Shown in pieces: positions 1 through 11,229 of a DNA stretch of 64,000 nucleotides. A program made the translations under genes and the position numbers. Under the pieces are notes generated by a model that was not told the DNA's origin, did not search any database, and saw only the letters and a list, made by a program, of their open reading frames with translations. The stretch's first letter is position 1. Each line of letters starts with the position of its first letter. Where the stretch lies: the NCBI GenBank assembly GCA_009859145.1, contig VRVR01000045.1:177940-241939 (forward strand), written 5' to 3'. The stretch is from Andalucia godoyi And28 (Eukaryota; Protista; Jakobida).

Positions 1-516
1 AATTTCACAGACTGTTCGTCGTCCCTTACTGCCCGCGAAGTGGTCGACCGCTTGAACGATCTGTTCAAAGGGTTCGATGAGCTCACGGAGCAGTACGGCG
101 TCGAGAAGATCAAGACGATTGGCGACGCGTATCTTTGTGTTGCGGGACTGCCTGAGCCCCGTCCTGACCATGCGAAATGCATTCTTGAGTGCGGATTGGC
201 GTTCGCAAAGCACGTCGACATTGTTAATGCCCGGCACGGCACGTCGTTCTCCTTCAGAATGGGCGTGAACTCTGGACCGGTCGTAGCTGGAGTGATCGGT
301 TCTCGGAAGTATGCTTATGACATCTGGGGAGACTCCGTGAACACTGCGTCGCGAATGGAATCCACGTCGGAAAAGGGCAGAATCCAGGTGTCGAGAAGCA
401 CGTACGAACTCACGTATAATGCGGGCTTTGAATTTGAAGACCGCGGGTTTGTGAATGTGAAGGGAAAAGGCCAGCTGCAAGCGTACTTGCTGAATGGAAA
501 GAAGAGCATAGTGTAG
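1..516 (+). CDS. Class III adenylate cyclase catalytic domain (5'-truncated by window edge)
   Basis: Frame is open from base 1 (NFTDCSSSLTAREVVDRLNDLF). Motifs VEKIKTIGDAY, GPVVAGVIG, YDIWGDSVNTASRMES. The K in EKIK and D in YDIW are the ATP-specifying residues of adenylate cyclases. Confidence 0.93.
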   Translation, partial: NFTDCSSSLTAREVVDRLNDLFKGFDELTEQYGVEKIKTIGDAYLCVAGLPEPRPDHAKCILECGLAFAKHVDIVNARHGTSFSFRMGVNSGPVVAGVIGSRKYAYDIWGDSVNTASRMESTSEKGRIQVSRSTYELTYNAGFEFEDRGFVNVKGKGQLQAYLLNGKKSIV

Positions 517-626
517 ACAAATATTCCGACAACAAAAAAATAATAAAACAAATCACTCAATTAATACTTTTAATTTTAATGAAAATTAAAAAAATTAAAA
601 AACAACAACAACACAGTATACAAACA

Positions 627-666
627 GATGGATGGACGGACGGACGGACGGGCGGACGGATGGATG
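627..666. repeat. Short GACG/GGAT tetranucleotide microsatellite
   Basis: gatggatggacggacggacggacgggcggacggatggatg, in the spacer between two convergent genes. Confidence 0.8.
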
Positions 667-701
667 TGCATGGATCATCAAATGTCTTTTCCAATGGCAC
701 A

Positions 702-3700
702 TCAGGTCATGATAGTGAGCTCTTTGACACTGGTGTTCACGGAGACCTCAACATAACCGCGATGGCGCTTGAAGAGGTGATATACTTGCAGGACAATGCA
801 CAAAATGGAAAAGGACACGTTGACGAGGAACAGAAGAGCTCCGACATCATTCACGTACAAGACCCCCACGATACTTCCTTGCAGTTCACACACCAGGTTC
901 ATCAGCAAGATTGCAAGAGATGCGGTCTCCAGAGAATTGAGAGAGGTTCTGCGAAACGGGCGTCGCAAAGATTGTGCGACAATGGCAAATACGAGAACGC
1001 TCGAGACGAGGAAGCCACGAAACTCGGAGAACCGAGAGATGGTCACGAATGAAGCAACGAAGAAAAGCCTTCGAATGGTCACCACGATCTCCCACCATCG
1101 ATTATCCGCCGAGTATGATCCAATGATCAAGGAGAGCACATAGGAACCACGAGACTGGTCATCATCATCACCGCTACGAATCGCCAGCACTCCACTCTTC
1201 CAAACAAGGTACCACAGAAGACCTGGGAATACTGCACAGTACAGCAGCAGCAAACATCCAGACAGTGCTTGCAGACTTTGAGAGCACTTCTGATTTGGAT
1301 AATACACCATGTACGCGATTCCATCTCCTGGATCCGAGGTGCAAGCCAGTGGAGCCAGTATTGTGGACATGACGGACTGGAAACGAAGCATGAACATGAA
1401 CACTGCTGCGCGGTAGCATCGATCTGACCAATGCTGCAACGTGCATCCCTCCAAGTGCTGCTGTCGAAAACGGAACATGAAATACCCGACACACCATATC
1501 AAAGCGATAAAAAGCATGGAAACAACTGGGGACAGAGCCGAGACTAGATACGCATCCATGTAACTCCACTTGCGGAAGATGCATTCCGGACCGGCAATGG
1601 CCAAGGTCACCGCAGCAGAGATGCCATGCGAAACGACATACAGGCCATGGGGCATCGGTGCACGGATGAAAGAGAGCGCCTGCCAGAAGAACACAAAGAC
1701 CTTGACGATCCCTGACGAGGAGATCCCCACCAAAAACGACCATGTCAACGCACCTGTTGCGAGAAACACTAAGAGAATGCCATAGAAAACCAATCCAACG
1801 GAATTTGGACAGGAAACACAACGATCGCCGCTAGAAAAGTAATCCGATGAGCACGATGAACACAAGCGTCCCTCATAGCCCTGCGCACAAAATCCGCCAT
1901 TCGTGGCCTGACAAGGTGTGAGGCTCGTCCCGGCTTGAGCACAGACTTCCATGACAGTCGGGTAGGCTTTGTCGTTCATCATCTGCTCCCACGTCACCGG
2001 AGGAGACGCGTAGTAACCCGACTGGGCAAGTACATTTCCACTTTGTGCGAATACAAGGGAGAAGTTGGAGATTTTCTCGATTGTTCCAACCGGAATCGAG
2101 CATACTGCATTATCCAAACATGCAAAGCAATTCGGCGGCTTTCCATAGTATCCTTGGGAACATATGCAGTTTTCAAAATTGAAGAAACTTGGATCTGCTT
2201 GAAAATGGAGTTGGCCCTCAATCACTGCCTCTACACAAGTCATTGTGTACCCATACAAGAATGTGCTCAGAGAATTGTAGCTGAATCGGTTCTGATTCGA
2301 AAATGACAGCGTCGACTTTCTAGCATTTGCATTCTGTCGTATGTCAAGCATTTCCAAAAGCGTAAGAGAAAAAATGAATTCCAAGTGGGACGAGACGTTG
2401 TTGTTCGACAAGTCGAGACTCACAAGACCTGGAAGATGGAGTACCATGTCAAAGAACGTGAGGGGACGCACGTTGCAAACAGTCGACGCCGAAGGCAGCG
2501 ATAATGCGAGGAATCGAGACGGAAGGCTTGCATTCTGTAATACGAGATTGGACAGAGTGAAATATCCAGGACCTAGACAGGCATCACACGTGCGGAAATC
2601 CGTCCAGCCTGGGATTCCGGTTATTTGATTGCCCGAAAGATCAAGCGAATCAAGCCCTGTGGAAACATTCACATCGATGATCTCCCCTGTGGTTTCATCT
2701 ACAAAATTGCACGCATATATGGGAAATGTGTCAGAAAAATTGTTATTCGCTAGCGAAAGAGACTTCAATGGAAGAACTCCAATGAATGCAATCCGCGGAA
2801 ATCTCCCTGAAAGCAGATTGTTACTTAGATCTAAGGAAATTAACGATCTGTACTGGTGCAAAAGATCAAAAGGAAAGAACGTAATTTGATTGTTCGACAG
2901 GTCCAGCTGAACAAGAGACGGGAGTGAGCAGCTTGGGAAATGATCCAAATGATTCTCGCCAAGCGAAAGAAAGAGCAAGTCAGACTGATTGCAAACACAC
3001 TGAATGATGGTGCCTTTCAGCTGGTTGCTGCGGAAGTTCAGATAGGTGATCTGGCCACTGAGTGGGGCGCATGCCTTTGGATCACTCAGGTTGTTGTAAC
3101 TTACGTCAAGATGTATCAGATTCTGGAGTAAGCCAAGCGTCTCTGGAATGTCTTCTTGAAGGAAATTAAACGACAAGTCAACATATTCCAGTGCAGCAGC
3201 GAATCCTAAATCTTGGGGAATTCGACAATTCAGCATGTTGGATCGCAGGTTTAAGGACCAAAGCGAGGTCATGCTTCCAAGAGAGAAAGGAATGCAGTCG
3301 TTGAATTTGTTAAACGACAAGTCGAGTACCTGCAAGCTTCTGGCATTACCAATAGACCCGGGAATCGGACCACTGATATCATTAAATCGCAAATCCAGCT
3401 GCACTAAGTTTTGTAGCTGCCCCACTTCAGGTGGCAGCGTTCCATTCAGTTGGTTCGAAAATAAATGAATTTCACGCACCATCGACAAGTTTCCTAGCGT
3501 GCGAGGAATTTGTCCAGAAAGTTGGTTGGCAAACAAGGACAAGTTCAGCAACGAGTGCAGATTTCCAATGGAATCTGGAATATCTCCAAGCAACCCATTT
3601 CCATACAGTAGCAATACCTGGAGAGTTTGCAGGTCTCCCACGCTTGCAGGGATTGGACCTTCCAAAGTGTTAGAGTCCAAATCAAGATAGACGAGCGATT

Positions 3701-4805
3701 GCAGCTTGCCGAGATTGTTGGAAATCGGGCCTGTAAGCTCGTTCACCGCCAGTACCAAATACTCCAAGGCCGACAGAGAAAAGACGGACTCCGGAATGAT
3801 TCCTGTCAGAAAATCCAATGACAAATCAAGCAGCCGCAAACCAGCGGGCAGCGGGCCAAGATCCAGAATTCGACCGCCAGCGGCACCTTCAATCGAAAGG
3901 AACTGAAGGGACGGTGAGGGAGCCACAACTGGAAGGGATGAATTGAATGAGCCGGCAAGCTGAAGAGCATACATTGTGTTGCTCACCAACGATCGAGGCA
4001 CGCCAGAACTCCACGATGCAGCAAGCTGGATCGTGCCGTAGCGCTTTTCAGGGAGACGAATCGCGTTCGTGAAAGACCCATAAACAACAAGATTTGAAAA
4101 GTTGACTGGAACGACGTCCGGAAAGGGAAAGTTCCCAGCGAGCTCGGTAACCAGAGTCCCATTCACAGCAATGTACTTCATAAGATCCCAGTCCGTCATG
4201 TTCCCATATCCTCGCGCAACAATTCTCAGCGTTTCCAAGGAAGGCAAAGACCAAATATCATTAGATACGTTGCCCATCGACGGAAGTATCGACACGAGTA
4301 CGACGCTTCCAGCAGCATTGCACTGTACTTCGGGGCAGAAGCAACAGTCGTGCAAACACGTCGCATCCAGAAAGGATGTCTTGTTGGTTGCATCATTGAG
4401 CTTCTCTAAAACGACGCACTGGCTCACATTCGAGTGTGGTGGCTGTTGGAACGGAAGCTTCGTTACGCGCGCTGAAGGACTCTCGGTCATAGCGTACTCA
4501 GAATCCCTCTCACGATCTTGGCAAGATACGCGATCCGCACATCGCCAATCCGATGCGACGCTACCTTTACGATACATGGAGAGGTGGCCGCCGATGACAT
4601 CCATGATTGCTTCAGGCGAGATAACTCCCTTCTTATAAAGAGAAGTGAACTCCTCCAGCAACGCATTCGCCAGAACAACATTGTGGCCAGAAGCTTCCAT
4701 TTCCCCGTCATGATTTGCATAGTTCCAATGTGAAACAAAGGGAACAGCGAAGCATCTTGCAAGAAAGATGGTCAGGGCCACGATAAAAACAGACGCAACC
4801 TGCAT
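702..4805 (-). CDS. Leucine-rich-repeat multi-pass membrane receptor-like protein (signal peptide, plant-type 24-aa LRRs, Cys-rich stalk, about 7 or more TM helices, no kinase)
   Basis: Hydrophobic N-terminus MQVASVFIVALTIFLARCFA. Many LxxLxLxxNxLxGxIP repeats (e.g. LQSLVYLDLDSNTLEGPIP). Cys-rich CICSQGYYG and CAQGYEGRLCSSC segments. Hydrophobic C-terminal ~350 aa. Confidence 0.9.
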   Translation of the reverse strand: MQVASVFIVALTIFLARCFAVPFVSHWNYANHDGEMEASGHNVVLANALLEEFTSLYKKGVISPEAIMDVIGGHLSMYRKGSVASDWRCADRVSCQDRERDSEYAMTESPSARVTKLPFQQPPHSNVSQCVVLEKLNDATNKTSFLDATCLHDCCFCPEVQCNAAGSVVLVSILPSMGNVSNDIWSLPSLETLRIVARGYGNMTDWDLMKYIAVNGTLVTELAGNFPFPDVVPVNFSNLVVYGSFTNAIRLPEKRYGTIQLAASWSSGVPRSLVSNTMYALQLAGSFNSSLPVVAPSPSLQFLSIEGAAGGRILDLGPLPAGLRLLDLSLDFLTGIIPESVFSLSALEYLVLAVNELTGPISNNLGKLQSLVYLDLDSNTLEGPIPASVGDLQTLQVLLLYGNGLLGDIPDSIGNLHSLLNLSLFANQLSGQIPRTLGNLSMVREIHLFSNQLNGTLPPEVGQLQNLVQLDLRFNDISGPIPGSIGNARSLQVLDLSFNKFNDCIPFSLGSMTSLWSLNLRSNMLNCRIPQDLGFAAALEYVDLSFNFLQEDIPETLGLLQNLIHLDVSYNNLSDPKACAPLSGQITYLNFRSNQLKGTIIQCVCNQSDLLFLSLGENHLDHFPSCSLPSLVQLDLSNNQITFFPFDLLHQYRSLISLDLSNNLLSGRFPRIAFIGVLPLKSLSLANNNFSDTFPIYACNFVDETTGEIIDVNVSTGLDSLDLSGNQITGIPGWTDFRTCDACLGPGYFTLSNLVLQNASLPSRFLALSLPSASTVCNVRPLTFFDMVLHLPGLVSLDLSNNNVSSHLEFIFSLTLLEMLDIRQNANARKSTLSFSNQNRFSYNSLSTFLYGYTMTCVEAVIEGQLHFQADPSFFNFENCICSQGYYGKPPNCFACLDNAVCSIPVGTIEKISNFSLVFAQSGNVLAQSGYYASPPVTWEQMMNDKAYPTVMEVCAQAGTSLTPCQATNGGFCAQGYEGRLCSSCSSDYFSSGDRCVSCPNSVGLVFYGILLVFLATGALTWSFLVGISSSGIVKVFVFFWQALSFIRAPMPHGLYVVSHGISAAVTLAIAGPECIFRKWSYMDAYLVSALSPVVSMLFIALIWCVGYFMFRFRQQHLEGCTLQHWSDRCYRAAVFMFMLRFQSVMSTILAPLACTSDPGDGIAYMVYYPNQKCSQSLQALSGCLLLLYCAVFPGLLWYLVWKSGVLAIRSGDDDDQSRGSYVLSLIIGSYSADNRWWEIVVTIRRLFFVASFVTISRFSEFRGFLVSSVLVFAIVAQSLRRPFRRTSLNSLETASLAILLMNLVCELQGSIVGVLYVNDVGALLFLVNVSFSILCIVLQVYHLFKRHRGYVEVSVNTSVKELTIMT

Positions 4806-5738
4806 TCCCGTTTGCTTGTTTTTGAGCGAGAATGCAACAACCGTTTATTGAAAGAGGAGAAAAAACACATTTACACGAAGCTGCGGAGAACAAATTCAGC
4901 AAAGCGCACACCGAAAGGATGCTTTTGCTCACGCGTCGGACACTTTCTCCGCAGTCCAACCCCCGCACCAACCCTGCAGGGAAAACATGAATCATTATTG
5001 GTCATCGGGCCTAAGCTGCCACCGAAGACAGATCCAAGCCACGTGCACATCATTTTTTACTTTAAAAAACCATAGCGAAACATCACGAAAGAAAACGAAA
5101 GAAAACAAAATCGACAGGGGAAAAAAAAATCACTTACAAACGTAAACATACCAACCTAAACAGTATCCCTGTTGCCACTGATCATGACAGAAAAAAATTA
5201 CTCCTTGAGAGGTAGAATATCAAATCCGAGATGGATTTTCACTTTTTCGCCGGAATGGTTAAAAAAGCCACCTCGTACGCTCCATCATCTGCAGTGGGTC
5301 CCACAGCAGTGCAAGTTGCGCATCCGTCAATACCAACACAACCGTCTGAAAAACTGAAAACAACCACTCCCCTCCTTGTAACCACTCGTAGAAGGAAAAT
5401 CGCCATCAACATTTGTTTCATACCAACGACCCAAGCCATTCTCTGCAGCCCATAAATTGTAATGGTGCATAAATGGGTTGCCTTCAGGTTTCCGTTCAAC
5501 GGGCTGTCCCGCCAGTGCACGGATCGTACTTGGCAATGCACCTACCACTGGTGCTGCATTCACGAGTCCCGGCAACAACAGAGACAGCGTTGGATTAATG
5601 GCAGAGATGCCGCTGGTATGTACTGCAGTCGCAGCCCCGCCCAAAAAGGTTTCAACAAGCACATTTTCGTCAGTTGGGCTATTCACCAGTTCGTGGATCG
5701 CACATCCTTTCGATTGTCGAAGACATTCCGCACATTCG

Positions 5739-6383
5739 TCAAAACTTCCGATGATTTATCGACAGTTTTCCAAAGGAATGGATAAATAATGCAAATTTGT
5801 AGTAGACTCCTTTTGCGTCAAGATCCACCGCAAAGTTGACTTTTTTCTTTGTTGGAACACTGAGCCATTCGCGACTCGTGTCATTTGATTTCCAGCCGCT
5901 GCCACGATATGGAACCCGTTCAGAGACGCGTTCCTCGTGCTCGACACAAGGATTGCATTGATCGCTTTCCGAACATCGGATGGTGATTATTATTTTTTTG
6001 AAACGGAACAAACCCAAGTTTGTGCAAGAATTCTCGAAGACGCTTCGGCAGTTTTTTTCATTTTCCAGCAGGCTTTCCAGTCCTTCAAGGATATGATCCA
6101 TTCTTTCGACATCGTCTCGCGACATTTCTTTAAAGAGTCGATTTACCACCATGTGCGAAGAAGGGGCAGAAGACAAAGGAGGATCGTGTCTTTCGTCGCA
6201 CAGTTTATCGTTCAGCCACTTTTTACAACCTTTTTGCCAACTTTCCAGTCTCCCACAAGAACTGCTTTTTACTTTACAAAGGATGATCGGATAGCTGTTT
6301 TTGAAATCGCTTCTGCTGGCAGCTGTTCCGTATGCCCACTCCACTGAACCCCAAATAACCAGAGTTTTCTTTTCTGATTTCAA
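5739..6383 (-). CDS. Hypothetical protein or exon of an unidentified gene
   Basis: 214-codon open frame, but TTG start and no recognisable motif. Confidence 0.3.
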   Translation of the reverse strand: MKSEKKTLVIWGSVEWAYGTAASRSDFKNSYPIILCKVKSSSCGRLESWQKGCKKWLNDKLCDERHDPPLSSAPSSHMVVNRLFKEMSRDDVERMDHILEGLESLLENEKNCRSVFENSCTNLGLFRFKKIIITIRCSESDQCNPCVEHEERVSERVPYRGSGWKSNDTSREWLSVPTKKKVNFAVDLDAKGVYYKFALFIHSFGKLSINHRKF

Positions 6384-7382
6384 TGTCAGGTGCTTTTATG
6401 CTATTTCAGCTCTCGGATTAGTCGAATTTTTTTCCTGTTTGAAAACAGGTTATTTCTATATGTCGTATCCGTCCCAGCTCGTTGTTGGCTTTCTTCTGCA
6501 ATGAATCTGGTGAACACAAACAAGATTTCTTTGCTTACGACATTACTGCTTCTACGGATACTGCATGAACTGCGTCATCCAGGGTATGTCGAAGGATTCT
6601 TTCTGGTGCCTGGGGGAAAATGTCTTGTACACAGCAACACCGAGATCGGCAGAGACCGTGGCGATGACATTTAACTTAACTTTCCGTTCTGTTTGGCTGG
6701 AATGTGCACATGCGGCTTTGCACCAGTGGCACCACCACCAAACTGAATCGCGTCCGTTTCAAAAGCCACCCAAACATTTTGAAAAAACGACCGGCGCTCC
6801 AAGGTTTAGCATCTGAAGACGGTCGAGTGAGCTCCAAGAAAATCACTTAGTCATCCATAATCAGCACGTTGGGATGCAAAACGATCGAGAAAAGAGGTTA
6901 CCGAGTCAGTGTCGTTCGGAATGATGCTTGTGTGTTCGGGGGTCCAGGCAATCGGCATGGGAGCGTCACATGCACTCTCAGAACGGGTGGGGGGGCTATC
7001 TGTGAAGAGTGTGCAGTCTGCCTCCAGCCGATCCGCCTTTTCCGAATCTTTTTCTTTTTCACTCCGGCATGCAAGCAGGATTTTGCACTTTTGCTCATCC
7101 CCGGACTTTTATGGGAGCTTCGAAGCTTGATGGAGGTGCGCTGAAAAAGATGATGGACACGCGGAGTTGGTGCGACGCTTCATCTTCCGCATGAAGATCC
7201 GCAATTTTTGACTGGAGATCCTCTGGGGTGAAGCGGATGCGACTGGCGGTTAGGAATCAGTATCGAGAGGATCGAGCAGCCGTTCTGTGCGTTTCCATTT
7301 TTGCTGCCAGCCTTGTCGCCTCGATTCTTTTTCTTACTGTTTCTTTTAATCCGATCCCAGTCGATTACTTTCACTCCTTGTC

Positions 7383-7949
7383 ATGCGCTGCGTAGTCCTG
7401 CTTGTAGTTCTCGCGCTCCTGGTGGCGTCCGTGGCCGCACAGTGTCCGTCAACCATCTCTACTGTTCTCGCTGCAGCAGCAGGGACATACGGCCAAATCT
7501 GCCTGGCGACCGAGTCGACCTGTCCCGCAAGCCTCGTCGTCACTTCGACGGCGTCCACAATCACTGCCGGCGGAAACACGTACACGCCGACGGGAGCCAC
7601 TTCCGATGTGTCGTGCATGACCAGCTCGCTCTCTGGTGCCGGGTTTCGGTACATGTGTCAGATCGAAAAGTCCGCCCCCACAGTCGGCGATGTCCGAGTG
7701 TCCGTGTACTATAACTCTTCCTCTTCGTGCGACAGTGTCATTTTCATGTCCATCGGCAGAGTGAGCTATGCATCCGGGGGTGTTACCGCAACTACGAACG
7801 TCTACCGTGCCATCACCAGCGCCACCAATGCAGCAGGAATCACCAACTGCCAGGGATGCGTCTCCAGCTCCCCCGCGGAGTCTTTTGGACTCTTTCCTGC
7901 GTTCGCCGTCGTGGCATCCGTCGCTGCCGCCGTTTTTTTGAACGTCTAG
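7383..7949 (+). CDS. Secreted Ser/Thr/Cys-rich surface protein, probably GPI-anchored
   Basis: Signal peptide MRCVVLLVVLALLVASVAA, several Cys, and a C-terminal small-residue stretch followed by hydrophobic tail FGLFPAFAVVASVAAAVFLNV. GC-rich codon usage. Confidence 0.8.
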   Translation: MRCVVLLVVLALLVASVAAQCPSTISTVLAAAAGTYGQICLATESTCPASLVVTSTASTITAGGNTYTPTGATSDVSCMTSSLSGAGFRYMCQIEKSAPTVGDVRVSVYYNSSSSCDSVIFMSIGRVSYASGGVTATTNVYRAITSATNAAGITNCQGCVSSSPAESFGLFPAFAVVASVAAAVFLNV

Positions 7950-8902
7950 CCTAGCTCTCCGTTCCTGTGTTTTGCTGTTCAAGGGCTGGTTTACAATGAA
8001 GGAAATAAAATTGGTTTGCAGCTCTCCATCAATCCTCCACACACTACTATCATCACAACAGCAGCACAATGCCGAGTACGAGGTCGATTCTTTTAGGGAA
8101 AGACCTTTGCGAAACGTCAGTGTCTCCGAATTTGTTTGTTCAAGTGTTGTGCCGATCAGCCACATCGTCTCTGCATGTCTCAGCGTTCGTCCGGTTTATC
8201 CTCAACACATTGGTAACCAACAGCTAAGCATCCTCTCCCAAATGCAAGCATAAGAAACCTGTTCGATCTGTCCGATCTATTCGTTCTGCACAATTTCATG
8301 TTCAAAACAAAACAAAACAAAAAAAAAAACCTTGCTCTTTGCCCAGGAGGGGGTTCAGGTCTCATAATGGCAAAAAACCTGGGTTATCTAGACCACCATG
8401 GGGGAGAACAGAGAACGTACAAAGATCCGTCGTGTGCAGCCACATGCAGCAATGCATCCTTGACATCGTCGGGAGCATGTTCTCAGTGGGCAGATTTCTT
8501 GCGATACTTGGATATGCTGAGCTGGATTCCGTTTTCAGACGGCTTATGAAATCATAAACAAAAGAAAAAGGAAAAATAAAGAGAAAAAACACTCTGTTCG
8601 TTGGATTGTTTCTGTGTTGGCGCAGCAGGCGAGCCGAAGATGCTTGGAGAGGAATGCGTTGAGGGTTGCAGTTAGACACCGACAAATAGGTGCAGGCGAC
8701 TAGGCATCAACTCCTTTGGAAAAGGGCCCAAAGGTCCGAGCAGAGGCTCGACTACGCACGTTCCGTCGCTGGCTGTCTGCTCGTGCGGACAACGTGAGAA
8801 ATGCATGCTGACGAGAAAAGAGGACGAATAGGATGTTGAATCGGGTAGGATTCTGATGTTTGCTGGTTCTTTCTTTTCCATCACTATTTCTTTCCGCATC
8901 GA

Positions 8903-10837
8903 ATGGTCATTCCCACTTCATATTCAAAGATGCGGGATGCAGCGAAAGAGAAGGCGTCGCTGTTTTCTCGGATGAAAGAATGGCGGCCGAACTTTTTCGT
9001 GTGTCATCTTTCCTACTTTGTGTTTGTTGGCTTTCTCGGTTCACTTGTATTTGCAGGGACGGAAGGACCCAGTCTGGCGTATATTGATGCACTGTTCACG
9101 TCGTTTTCCGCACTAACAGTGACTGGATTATCCAGCGTGAATATTTGCGCATGGTCTGTCGAATCGCAAGCCGCGTTGATGATTCTCATGACTGCTGGCT
9201 CGACTGTGTTTCTGTCGGTTGTCCCTTCGGTCCTACGCTTGTTCTACATGACCAGGTGCGTGCAGGCAGAGTTCACAACGACGTCAAAACTTAAGCGATG
9301 GGTCAACAGCTCAAAGGGCGCAGAGCTGCGAGCACTTCGGGCTCTTACTCCTATTGTTTTGGTGTACTATTTCGGGTTTTTGGCATTGGGAACAATGGCC
9401 CTTGGTTTCCACTTTACCGCGGACTCGTATGCATTCAAGAGTGTTTTGAATGGCATCAATCCATGGTATTTTGCTGTATTTCATGTCTGTTCTGCATTCA
9501 ACAATTGCGGCTTTGCATTGCTGGTCAGCAGCTTCACAGAATTTGCGGAGGATGATCCAACGCTCATCATTGTATCTGTGTTGATTATTGCTGGTAACGT
9601 TGGCTATCCTGTGTTTCTTCGGATCTTTGTTTGGGCAATCTACAACTGCCAGTGGTTTTTTGAAGTCAAAGTTCTCAAGCGCACCTGGATCGACAAGCGT
9701 TCCGCTTTGCGATACTTGCTGGACCATCCGCGTCGTGTGTTCACACATTTATTCAGTGCCTTCGAAAGCCTTGTTTTATTTGTTCTTATCCTTATCATGA
9801 CGGGTGCGGAGATCGTGTGCTACTATGTGCTCGAAGCCGACAATTCATTCATGGTTGCGTATTTCCAGGCAGTTTCTACTCGTACTGCAGGCTTCAGCAT
9901 TGTGGATATGATGCTCCTTAATACAGGGCCTGTTGTTATCTACACCTATGCCATGTACCTATCGGCATATCCACAGATTTTTGCCATTCGAAAATCCGGT
10001 CGTGATGAAAAGCGAAAAGGTGTCCACTTGTATCATTCTTCAAGGCATGTGGGTTTTTCAAATTGGCGACAAGCGGTTCATGCTTCATCTGATTCCGATG
10101 GCGACACGAATGTAGAGAACAGCGCAGAAATGTGTGTTGCCAGGAACAGAAGCAATCCCTCTGTGTCATGCGATACTTTGAGTACGCCTTACCCAGTACC
10201 TTCACCAGTGAGCGAACCGTCAGCAGCAGCGGTTGCGCAGAATCAGAATTCTGGATCCGAAGATAGCACATCAGCTGGGTCATGTGCCCATGAACGAGAG
10301 GAGCAAGTGCCTTCGAACGCGACGGAGACAGCGATTTCCACGTCTGATGTTGGTATCAGTCCTCACGTTGCTGCAGATCGAAAGGTGGCTGACGTATTGA
10401 CTCGCCGGCAAAGTGCAAATCGATTGCTGCAGGCTGCAAAGGAAAATGTGGAATCCTTTGCTTTAAACGCGTCGAAGGACGCGGCAGAGCTCGTGATCCG
10501 CGACTTGAAGTACATCTCAGTTGCAATGCTTGTCGTTGCTGTTGTTGAGAACTCGGCGCAGTTTTCGACGTACAACATTGTGTTCGAGTTGTTTTCTGCG
10601 TATGGTACAGTGGGACTGTCTCTTGGATATCCTGGCAGCATCCTATCCTACTCCGGGTCTCTCTTTTGGATTTCCAAGTTGGCCGTCATCTGCATCATGT
10701 TGCTTGGCCGTCACCGGGGTCTGCCGTCCTCTATTGATTCTGCCGTTCAATTTAAGTTCAACAAGACTAGATTCGACTTGACAAGCTTCGGCAGCATGGC
10801 GGCTCTAGATGAGGAGGATTTTGAGAACCATCTTTAA
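8903..10837 (+). CDS. TRK1: Trk/HKT-family K+ transporter
   Basis: Four pore loops SALTVTGL, SAFNNCGF, STRTAGFS, SAYGTVGLSLG, plus C-terminal MLLGRHRGLP. All four filter positions are Gly (K+-type). Confidence 0.93.
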   Translation: MVIPTSYSKMRDAAKEKASLFSRMKEWRPNFFVCHLSYFVFVGFLGSLVFAGTEGPSLAYIDALFTSFSALTVTGLSSVNICAWSVESQAALMILMTAGSTVFLSVVPSVLRLFYMTRCVQAEFTTTSKLKRWVNSSKGAELRALRALTPIVLVYYFGFLALGTMALGFHFTADSYAFKSVLNGINPWYFAVFHVCSAFNNCGFALLVSSFTEFAEDDPTLIIVSVLIIAGNVGYPVFLRIFVWAIYNCQWFFEVKVLKRTWIDKRSALRYLLDHPRRVFTHLFSAFESLVLFVLILIMTGAEIVCYYVLEADNSFMVAYFQAVSTRTAGFSIVDMMLLNTGPVVIYTYAMYLSAYPQIFAIRKSGRDEKRKGVHLYHSSRHVGFSNWRQAVHASSDSDGDTNVENSAEMCVARNRSNPSVSCDTLSTPYPVPSPVSEPSAAAVAQNQNSGSEDSTSAGSCAHEREEQVPSNATETAISTSDVGISPHVAADRKVADVLTRRQSANRLLQAAKENVESFALNASKDAAELVIRDLKYISVAMLVVAVVENSAQFSTYNIVFELFSAYGTVGLSLGYPGSILSYSGSLFWISKLAVICIMLLGRHRGLPSSIDSAVQFKFNKTRFDLTSFGSMAALDEEDFENHL

Positions 10838-11229
10838 GATTCAACACAAGCCCAAAACATCTCTCATAAAGCTCGTTCCGCATTTGGTTAATTGAATGGT
10901 GCACAAAAGTGGAGCTGCACCGGAGCCAAGTTCTTGTGGCGTGGTTTTTTTTTGTTTTGTTTTTGTTTTGGAATCTTCGTCATCCGCGCGCTACGCGAAC
11001 GCAGTACTTTTGGATGACGACGACTTTTCTGGAATTGTCCAGAATAATAATACTAATAATACTAATAATCAAAATAATAATGACAACATTAGCAAAGGAT
11101 CTGATAGGGGTCAGTCGATTTATGCACCTGGTTTGCTTTATGGTTTTAATATACATATATGTCCATGAAGAAGCTTTAATGGCAGGTGGTGAAAGACAAA
11201 AATTCCCGCTTGGGGGAGAAAACCGCCTT

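Noticed and set aside
1-516. Adenylate cyclase, or the 23-27.6 kb phosphoesterase, as parts of the cyclic-nucleotide defence system
   Set aside because: Both belong to common eukaryotic families. The cyclase is 29 kb away, and only proximity links the phosphoesterase.
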